DNA from: Candidatus Pacebacteria bacterium CG_4_9_14_0_2_um_filter_40_15
Lineage (GTDB): Bacteria > Patescibacteriota > Microgenomatia > UBA1400 > PJMF01
Length of the DNA stretch: 64,000 nt
Assembly (NCBI GenBank): GCA_002788675.1
Contig: PFRS01000001.1
Location: 170,308 to 234,307 of the forward strand
Reading direction: 5' to 3'
Shown: piece after piece, positions 60,701 to 64,000 of the stretch
How positions within the stretch are numbered: the stretch's first letter is position 1
How the letters are laid out: the number at the start of each line of letters is the position of its first letter
Made by a program: the position numbers and the translations under genes
Notes under the pieces: generated by a model
What the model was told of the DNA's origin: nothing
Seen by the model: only the letters and a program-made list of their open reading frames with translations
The model's database searches: none

Positions 60701-63675
60701 GAGGTCTCTACATTGACTATAACCACACAGCAGGAACAGGTGGAACCTACCTCGTCGGTCTTGATGCGGATGTCGATAGTAGTGTTGCCAATGAGATAAT
60801 AATAGGTGGAAGAATTATTGCTGATAATAGTAATGCCGGAACTGGATCGATAGGTCTTATTGTTTTGGGAGGAAATTCAAGCTATGGTTGGAGCGCAACA
60901 GAAGATGTTGGACTCAAAGTTGGTGGAGCTGATTACAGTATAGATATTATGGAAGGAGCGGTTCGCCTAGGAACCTTCGGTATCCTTGCAGAGGGACATG
61001 TTTTGAAACCAAGCTCTACAGCTGCAAATAACATGATCTTCAATAAATATGACTCAGCAGGAGGTTTTTACTTTAGAGCCACTTCAACTGTGGGGGGCAC
61101 TTCCCCATACTCAGATTTACTTGCAATAGACAACGATGGTAACACATGGTTGGGAAAAACTGATGATAACTCACAAACTACTTTAAAAAGACAAAATGGT
61201 ACAACCGAGGGTGGTCATTTAGTTCTACAGCAAGGTGGTTCCTATACTTCTGCTGTAAACATGGATTCATACGGCAATAGCTTCCGCCTTTGGAATGGGC
61301 CAGCAACTACATCTACTGCTGATTTCTTCAACAACAACGGAACTCAAGTTATGAATTTAACCACAGATGGTAGTGCATCTGACTATGCTGAAACAATCTT
61401 TGGAAATTTGGACATGGAGGGTGGAGACATAATTTATGCTGTACCTGCAGAAAATGAAGATGGTGTTAGATCAGAACTCACTACTTCAGAAAATGACTCC
61501 AGAGTTATTGGTGTTATTTCTACAGCACCAGGAACAACGCTAAAAGCACCTATACTGATTGAAGGACAGCTTACAAGAGGAACATTAATTGGTAAATACA
61601 CTCAAGATGTTAAGGCATTATGGCCTGAACTTCAACCTGTGGCGCTTTCAGGTCGTGTTCCAGTCAAAGTCATTACCAATCCAGGCGAAGTAATTGAAGC
61701 TGGTAAAGCAATAGTTTCATCTAAAGAAAAAGGTATCGGTCAAAAAGCAAAAGTTGCTGGAATGAGTGTCGGTAAAACCATGACCTCATTTAACCCAAGT
61801 AGCATGAGCTGTACACCAGTGAGTTCAGTAGATAGCATTAATTGGCCTGCAGATCCAGATGGAAATAATCAAGCCAAACCTTGTTACACACTTCCAGATG
61901 GTCGCCATGTTGGTAAAGTAATGATCATGGTTTCAAATAGTTATGTAGACCCAACCATTCAGATAACAGATAATGGAATGCTTGCTCTTACTACTACAAA
62001 TGGAAGCTTCACTGCAACATATCAAGGCTCTGCACTTTCAACTATTGGAGGCTTCAGCAAAGCTCTCATTGCTGAGCTCAGAGCTGGACTCATTACTACT
62101 CAAAGACTGGTTGTTGAACAAACCGCCACCATCTCTAACCTCAGCGTCAACTCCCTGACTATACAAGGCATGTCGATCGCAGACTACATTGCCGGTATTG
62201 TAAATAGCAGCAGTGTCTCCAACAGTACTGCCCTCATCTCTCCAGTTGGCAACAACACCGTCATTACCACCGCAACAGTCTCAGGCGAAATTGCCTTCAC
62301 CAACACGGATGGCGACACAGTTGCAGCAATCACCGAAGAAGGTGACTTCTCTGCCACAGGTACATCTTCACTTGGTTCACTCCTGGTCCAAAACGATGCA
62401 ACCATCTCTGGCACTCTCACCGTTGCTACCCTCAGTGCCCAAACTTCAAAACTTGGCAGCATCATGGCAGATGGCCCAGCCACCTTCTCTGCAACCGTCA
62501 GCGCAGAATCACTGATTGCCAACCAAATCACAGCAACTTCAACTCGACTCACTCAGATGGAAGCTAAGCTGGCTGAAGTTGAAAAACTCAAAGCAGTTGC
62601 TGCCGAAATCGAAACAGCAACTGTGTCTGGTACGCTCTATGCCAACAACATTGATGGCCTCGACACCAAGATCTACACTGCCACTGCAGCTCAAAAATCA
62701 TCACTGCTCGATATTGTAACTGGCACAGATAGCATCACCAACATTAACGATGTCATTCAAGCGGTCGACAGCGTTGGCTACACAGCAACACAATCGGCAG
62801 ATCTTAACGTCAGTCTCTCAGAACTCACCATGGATACAGATGATATTTCTCTGAATGTTGATGCCCTCTTTGTGAACAAATACTTCAAAGTAAATGGCGG
62901 CGCCTACATTGCTGGAAACTTAGGTATCGGCAACAGCATCTTCGTCGAAAAAGATATCGCAGCAGGAGAATCTGTTACTGTAGCAAACACCCTGACCATC
63001 GGAAGCGACAGCATCGCTTACACTGGCACCAACACTTTTGAAATCCAGCCAGCTGGTACAGGCTCACTCTCACTCATGGCAGGACTGATGATTCTTGAGG
63101 AAAATGGCACAGCAACAGTAAATGGAAACTTCACCATTGAAGGCGACACTACCGTTAAGGGCACACTCTTTGCTGATCTGCTTGCTCCTACAGACTACGG
63201 CAACCCACTCCAGGTGCAGGTTGCAGGTATTTCCGACACTAATGAAGTCAAAAAATCTCGCTTCGAAATCATCGATGAACTCGGCACTCCAGTTGCAACT
63301 ATCTCGGCTGAAGGAAAAGCTGAGTTTGCTGGAGGCGTCAGCTTGCAAGGTGGCCTGAGTGTTGGTACCGAAGATCTCGGAGCAGCCGATCTCAACAACG
63401 TAGACGGCGCTAACCGCCCAATCCTGAACAGTAACAAGACATCTGGTAAAGCCACCATTCCAAGTGGTACCAAAGAAATTACCATTCGCTCTAACAAGGT
63501 TGGGCCAGACTCTCTCATCTACGTGACTCCAGTCGGTAGCACCAACAACAAAGTCCTCTATGTGATCTCTCAACAAGATGAAAACCCAACTGAAAACAGA
63601 CAGGGTGAGTTCGTAGTAGGCTTTGATGAAGCTCTTACCCAAGAGGTGCACCTTAACTGGTGGATAGTGAATTAG
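45736..63675 (+). CDS. giant (5979-aa) surface protein: N-terminal tyrosine-recombinase SAM-like/core-binding domain, TM helix, ~5700 aa of tail-fibre-like repeats
   Basis: Uninterrupted 17.9-kb ORF. Residues ~88-175 match the integrase N-terminal SAM-like pattern (FLHEYLLALKADNCSSSTIKNYRSDINQFVSF...SSIRRKLVSIVQFSLWLQAEG). TM at aa ~262-283. Repeated ~130-aa modules ending ...LALGGNSTASANIHLQSNGQAYFAGNVGIGT. Confidence 0.85.
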   Translation: MTAQSKYLSSIFLSLSTFLESALSHTHERDEAHAVFTEFVASKASLSSQWQLSELHRFLTNSAAHQTVSPSVRDALMMFVQKYPPYQTSVFLHEYLLALKADNCSSSTIKNYRSDINQFVSFTNETEVEKAFTKPKAELFIAAQANKDLKESSIRRKLVSIVQFSLWLQAEGVLHSVSEIETLSDKLPQLIEKAPQKDIPIQEPTRRYSSVPTSSASSFATAKHTLHNQSNAQSSQDIRSRIKSGLATIQNKIQPQAKKQALPYLNLAIIMLFAVTLGFFGYRQFVADADKPLAYPTSPTRPNRVLQFQGRLTDTSQNPITTATDMAFRLYDSNSGGTLLWNSGTCSVTPDQDGIFNADLGSSCGTEISENVFTENSNVWLEVEIDTETLSPRQSIKTVPYALNSETLQGYPIEATGAAIKNTVVTMNNNGEVIFGEVSPTLKAVSGNFSIEAETLTLKTAAGSNGNIALSPDGTGDVLVNSDLFVDGYIAAPGATLSATYAGGTALIARGGPSGSANIQVWQNNAGSALSVVDESGNIGIGTSNPNEALELGSGKSLRFNSLDANHIRFYDSTTETAFIRTEFSGVGPTGNDLILGSDLSSQTLVLERGGNVGIGTNDPSAHLQIANKGEATGTYLLRVDGSAAAGGFKAFGNNIELLTYRGSMNELRVGGAYLSTNPPASGAIIEGNVGIGSSIPAQKLDIVGNLQFSGALMPSGAAGTAGYVLQSNGIGVAPTWVSSATLPGSGLWDVTANVFHPKEAYGDVVDLAIGGTSTASADILLQSNGRAYFGGNVGIGTASGSYPLQVEGDALIHTASSYLYLSRTNTNNRMNYRSWDIDYGARADIRNINAAGILSFWTGGTAAANQRMTIAADGNVGIGTTSPVGLLNVEGAAIGKALSILNETGNQAIFVASASGTNRFIIQNDGNVGIGTSAPTALFQISDRWQGTNSTFGSTNSSGAQLNYTGSVATPIFTFTGDTDTGIGRGGANILNFFTNNTEQVRIASDGNVGIGTTNPQEKLDVLGDVRIRNTSTNTYYFNYNTVHGDGRQELEHIGAGGTSRVFEANGGRAIGFGPEWGASAWGITAPILTTSNSLALVGHIVGGGLITSGTHKSLLIGTPESSPTTGYGITDTIDLGTVSFASNTWSGTRPAMRYTASEHNFRVNSGTGNTNPGTSALFIDANGNIGISSETPIGLFNVDGAAIGKALVILNETGNQDIIAASASGVTRFRVAQDGYVYGERFTDISNSTYYVDPAAVTTSAILNGNVGIGTTTANYTLDIDGELNLTDAIRVAGDAGTLGWFLTSSAGGVNTWTDPASITGAGYWAETDGVLHPKSPYTSVVDLALGGNSTASANIHLQSNGKAYFAGNVGIGTNSPIGLLNIEGAATGKALAILNETGNQAIFTASASGVSKVTIANSGNVGIATTAPQEKLVIASTADQNTRLHLKETGISWSRPIDGFYGWSSTAGSTSITSDNDVSNTPALTYNAYTNHIFQVNQGTLSQGLFIGRDSTSGFAKVRVGTGSTSATSSLLSVNGSATIGNGYISSTAPTNGLLVQGNVGIGLTNPSYLLHVNGASQIDTLRIDQNASNTRLFTGATLELQSNIGGASSAVKISRNGGTAMSSGYTLLELGGSDIASMPSDGYLLKAYDKFVIQGSGNVGIGSITPAYKLDVTGDINLTGALRVAGDAGTSGYILTSTGGSANQWTNPDDIFTAGLWKETNGVFHPKTPYTDVVDLALGGNSTASANIHLQSNGQAYFGGSVGIGSTTPGTTLDVTGTGRFSSTLTASNGLTQTTGALNLTATSGALSLSGLSASSINTGANALTFTSSNFNTTGTGINTTNIGATTRGTGAFTTLAANSTVTLTGVATGTDNTVLVLNGSNQVISDEIDPRVWGTTLVDGSGTTNYLPKWTPDGDSLGNSIVYDNGTNVGIGTNNPGGKLTVAGSTGISRSVNIDNSEIKFRGDGVAHISIFGPDTGRSNLQINVTSASALMGTIGTNIATFATTGNVGIGTTVPGAKLAVSGGNILLDAAQWIGTGIGNGLELGSGSTYTANNALGNVLVNIDSNNNATASYFAVAKDNTGTSGTELFRIQENGNVGIGSATPAYKLDVVGDVSLSGAIRAGGDAGSSTFLLTSSGGGVNTWTDPADLTDAGLWKETNGVFHPKTPYTDVVDLALGGNSTASANIHLQSNGQAYFAGNVAIGTTSPVSIGGAQVLNVYGTGGANVVLGGNNGVVGGTAGSVQYGGRTAIYFSVGNNNYVNGNDRVATINASGNFGIGTTSPIGKLNVEGAAIGKALTILNETGNQDILAASASGTTRFRIAQDGHVYGERFVDISNSSYFVDPAAVTTSAILNGNVGIGTTTANYTLDVDGELNLTDALRVAGDAGTSGYFLTSSAGGANTWTDPASITGAGFWDVTSNVLHPKSPYTGVVDLAIGGNSTASANIHLQSNGQAYFAGNVGIGTSTPNTAKLVLRNSSTEDIFNAFDAGTEVMTIIDGGNVGIGSIAPGTTFDVTGTGRFSSTLTLNGVAAGTDNTVLVLNGSNQVVQDEIDARVWGTTLIDGSGIANYVARFTDADTLATGVLYDNATNVGIGSTSPTSKLDVLGAINASAGYYYGGTGSPLSVELTRTVPTTVDDYVEIGNFNLANGAHNYRISVTVSDTAFSVSKQYIVPVNYNGTANTYKTLLPTVDGGAYSGNNYEVDLNSNANVATLRIRRTQGTTAGTAYVRIESVGKTTDVFTASSATGSTTAPTAYYNPLTQNVATGNVGIGTASPSEKLEVYGSAANIEITASSGNGGIRFANAAGRFQTYLDGSTNNYVIDSLNGGISPSLAVAYTTGYVGIGTTAPATQLESKSLTGVNNYFRLNTTDADNATSANHLQFAEADVVKWDLKTIGNNADRLILDSASVSDVMTFNQDGNVGVGTTAPANLFEVNNGILSIKNDSTSPELRIERVGYNYWRFFNSAGHFYTQPSSGSSDYSIRDASNTSLFIVKGNGNVGIGTTGPGARLDVSGSGTNSKSLILRSGEGTSGFGDSEQIQFAYNGGIEYSQAIRTRHNSSADSGNSIDFYTWDFGTDAVGDAGTLHSMSINGGNVGIGSLNPTATLDVVGSINFNATTITFDDTNLSSAITLTDVDTGFDSADTGIVDAINTAYNAAIGSSGSGGMWTDTTPGAGSGIIYPSSATDDFAVGGTALAAAFSVDESNNLVRIGDGAGSSGSLNMYSSGGDTGSIVFNTSDQWDFSGGDVDFNQGVAIGPGIGEPATDRTLAVGTNFAVDNTTYEIYSSSTITSPTLTADRTSYGMYMNMINNKTEDIAGGFDSDAYGVYGNVYTTGTSTFRTNTGVYGYARNDSTATADLGTLTGTSGIAYQNAISGTIPTAYGLYGAIQGDTGVGSTSIITQAYGNYNQVYAYNSTIPTAYGNFNRVRTINSYSGDITNAYGTYNEVYVDSDVGGDITNGRAGYFITNKRATATNMTNAYGVYIDANSGTTTYGAAIYADDVNATNNYGIYLNALNASAQNYGIWGDSGDWILDADGDGIAGGTGAGGDLVLGESQDFELYHDGTNSYVNNLTGDLYIQSGSNDVILANTGGSVGVGTTSPAAVAFFGGGKTLNLSDTSTNLPNIRLQNATKDFTLGVDGQAAYMYSASALDYRFYTSGTEKFRIATSGNVGIGSTSPGYLFDVAGGTGIVGRFSGRVIGADAVNSDEFVTLSQLTSGTGSYWTRTGTNLLPTTAGDDVYLPTGSVLGVNYDPSTITGGVAAFNGNVGVGTITPGQLLDVVGEIELANYIYFANAATEYLQWNSSDFILSDDLLAASNGASNLGADATRWGGVYVGSSNVHIGATGNEGIVGYDTTNSWLTFDSNGDGAQEMKIESAGNVSIGTTSALSAKFYVHSGTLDNVASFRSGDDLARFEVRDNDGGGFFNVKDQYVSIGGGNSLSIENVNIDTANGNVGMGTTGPGAKLHISGAAANTFIDGDSASGSQMTIRGYTNTNNRLYIGYNTTSDYARIQAITEGTSVRPLALQESGGNVGIGITAPTALLHTLDGDILFDRASVGITQDTASDRNARYLSVLQDHIDVENSDGAYVITVPNTSNTMMNIKITGYNYNSTSGAWEVIIGGYWYDTGDAWINTSVEIKGKAPFNRVRLMKNGTTPVIVLGNDTDVDNWDAPQINVDVDIAGYSGQTGLATGWSAALSTDISALTADDEPAIAYYWNSAGNLGIGTVNPAAFKLEVAGNVGPAADSLYSLGSDTVRWQHIYADQLHVPTITGVAGIWDTDLDTGIQLEEIADEDKIRFDTAGSERMIIGADGNVGIGSTAPTTLLDIKGYKPGEALVKIQDTTGTLEDYVSVASSSGALMFRMAHNGDFYAQKFISRSNNAYFLEPSSIAHGAAIYGNVGIGTSSTPNAKLHVQNSGTEDILNLFDGSTEVLTVLDGGNVGIGTNDPTTKLDVYKAATGTALRVVGSAAGSTQDTSIDLALMNAVTANYGRIGIQATNGGTGIESGDMYFSTVQNGTLSEKMRIIGNGNVGIGTTGPSQLMQINSGSDLNLRISKSTYSDNFDFGISGHTATIGYTAGTATDSNIDISTNGTRRMYLTDDGNVGIGENTAVSAKVHVLEASPLGGSVKQIIQNITTNGWSGLTFWDEGYSEVSRIHHFNSSWATSGAWETDALAIANNIEGINLVADGASGDIEFFTGGQNRRMIIQSDGNVGIGTTTVVSKLQSSGAAQTTSPTGGSAAGTGLYITNTDANYGMMFGVSSSGTGWIQQQRSNAVNTQYPLLLNPIGGNIGIGTTTTNQKLTIGGAGAVLGVDNTAIFQAKNSGGTYESFLWPRWSDNVTYLNYGTGGFNIRNNTSTSSIFVKDDGNVGIGNITNPTQKLQVNGVGMFGTANVSEVLLGMTANTTGHEGLSLYHNGSASFIESIDASVAWHDMTFRGSNFTFSSAGSGNDFHIGSNGNIGIGTTASSDNKLTIISDVTAPSFTNRGLYIDYNHTAGTGGTYLVGLDADVDSSVANEIIIGGRIIADNSNAGTGSIGLIVLGGNSSYGWSATEDVGLKVGGADYSIDIMEGAVRLGTFGILAEGHVLKPSSTAANNMIFNKYDSAGGFYFRATSTVGGTSPYSDLLAIDNDGNTWLGKTDDNSQTTLKRQNGTTEGGHLVLQQGGSYTSAVNMDSYGNSFRLWNGPATTSTADFFNNNGTQVMNLTTDGSASDYAETIFGNLDMEGGDIIYAVPAENEDGVRSELTTSENDSRVIGVISTAPGTTLKAPILIEGQLTRGTLIGKYTQDVKALWPELQPVALSGRVPVKVITNPGEVIEAGKAIVSSKEKGIGQKAKVAGMSVGKTMTSFNPSSMSCTPVSSVDSINWPADPDGNNQAKPCYTLPDGRHVGKVMIMVSNSYVDPTIQITDNGMLALTTTNGSFTATYQGSALSTIGGFSKALIAELRAGLITTQRLVVEQTATISNLSVNSLTIQGMSIADYIAGIVNSSSVSNSTALISPVGNNTVITTATVSGEIAFTNTDGDTVAAITEEGDFSATGTSSLGSLLVQNDATISGTLTVATLSAQTSKLGSIMADGPATFSATVSAESLIANQITATSTRLTQMEAKLAEVEKLKAVAAEIETATVSGTLYANNIDGLDTKIYTATAAQKSSLLDIVTGTDSITNINDVIQAVDSVGYTATQSADLNVSLSELTMDTDDISLNVDALFVNKYFKVNGGAYIAGNLGIGNSIFVEKDIAAGESVTVANTLTIGSDSIAYTGTNTFEIQPAGTGSLSLMAGLMILEENGTATVNGNFTIEGDTTVKGTLFADLLAPTDYGNPLQVQVAGISDTNEVKKSRFEIIDELGTPVATISAEGKAEFAGGVSLQGGLSVGTEDLGAADLNNVDGANRPILNSNKTSGKATIPSGTKEITIRSNKVGPDSLIYVTPVGSTNNKVLYVISQQDENPTENRQGEFVVGFDEALTQEVHLNWWIVN

Positions 63676-63800
63676 TCAATTCGACTAAAATATGGGCACT
63701 GCTAGAATCTTCCCTAACCAGAAAACAAAGCGGTTTTGACACTTAAATAGGCAAAAAAACTCTTGCCGTTTTCGATTTATAAATAAATACAACAACAAAA

Positions 63801-63830
63801 AGGCCAGGCAATTTGCCTGGCCTTTTCAAA
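63801..63830. terminator. bidirectional intrinsic terminator after the giant gene
   Basis: GGCCAGGCAA-tt-TGCCTGGCC hairpin flanked by an A-run upstream and TTTTC/AAAAAAA downstream. Confidence 0.7.
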
Positions 63831-63843
63831 AAAATTCGAACTA

Positions 63844-64000
63844 TTAATCTGCACAAATATAATACGTAGCATCAGTACCAACAACACAAGTACCTGCAAC
63901 ATTACATCTATCCCAGCTTTCACATATTTCAGTGTCGGATAAATTATCAAGATCAACACCCAGCGTAAACCCATCACCCGTAGCATCGACTGCATAGTTT
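63844..64000 (-). CDS. partial CDS (C-terminal end) of a cysteine-rich protein; gene continues beyond the window
   Basis: The minus-strand frame ends ...DATGDGFTLGVDLDNLSDTEICESWDRCNVAGTCVVGTDATYYICAD* with stop at 63844-63846. It converges on the same terminator. The ORF-track 72-aa ORF in another frame reads through the terminator and is rejected. Confidence 0.35.
   Translation of the reverse strand, partial: NYAVDATGDGFTLGVDLDNLSDTEICESWDRCNVAGTCVVGTDATYYICAD

Noticed and set aside
45736-63675. Possible CRISPR array suggested by regularly repeated GNVGIGTT-encoding segments
   Set aside because: The repeats are in-frame coding modules of variable length (about 45-400 nt) with protein-level conservation. 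There are no short uniform direct repeats with unique spacers and no cas genes.
63777-63995. 72-aa minus-strand ORF from the ORF track
   Set aside because: It reads through the strong terminator hairpin at 63801-63830 and is hydrophobic low-complexity. An alternative frame over the same bases gives a cleaner partial CDS ending at a stop before the terminator.

Overview
This window is a gene-dense chromosomal segment, roughly 40% GC by eye, from a small-genome bacterium. My guess is a Patescibacteria/CPR-like, monoderm-type organism; that is inference only. Housekeeping genes are interleaved with three unusual accessory blocks. The housekeeping set is rplJ-rplL with a near-consensus promoter and leader, wecG/tagA-like glycosyltransferase, murD with a translationally coupled PP-loop ATPase, divergent mreB, ndk, an M16 peptidase, argS, tRNA-Arg(CCT), frameshifted comEC with comEA, and leuS.

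Accessory block 1 is an F-type ATP-synthase-like operon at 27.5-33.9 kb. Its order is c-like, b, delta-like, alpha, gamma, beta, epsilon, with no subunit a. The 'c' subunit is fused to a signal peptide and a ~180-aa exported domain and lacks the ion-binding carboxylate. Beta carries a ~90-aa charged C-terminal extension.

Accessory block 2 is two giant surface-protein genes: 2290 aa on the minus strand at 20.4-27.3 kb, and 5979 aa on the plus strand at 45.7-63.7 kb. Both are built from phage tail-fibre-like 'GNVGIGTTSP' repeat modules. The smaller carries an internal peptidase-S74 intramolecular-chaperone domain. The larger starts with a tyrosine-recombinase SAM-like (core-binding) domain ahead of its TM helix.

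Accessory block 3 is a tightly packed six-gene operon at 36.5-43.7 kb. Its architecture recalls Gram-positive WxL / DUF916-DUF3324 cell-surface loci and ends in a Cna-B / CarboxypepD_reg-domain protein.

An AT-rich island with a PaaX-like regulator sits immediately upstream of the 18-kb gene. Smaller signals are a tRNA 3'-end duplication, a tandem 45-bp repeat with hairpin on the mreB stop, and an attenuator-like leader before leuS. All functional calls rest on motif recognition by eye, with no database searches.
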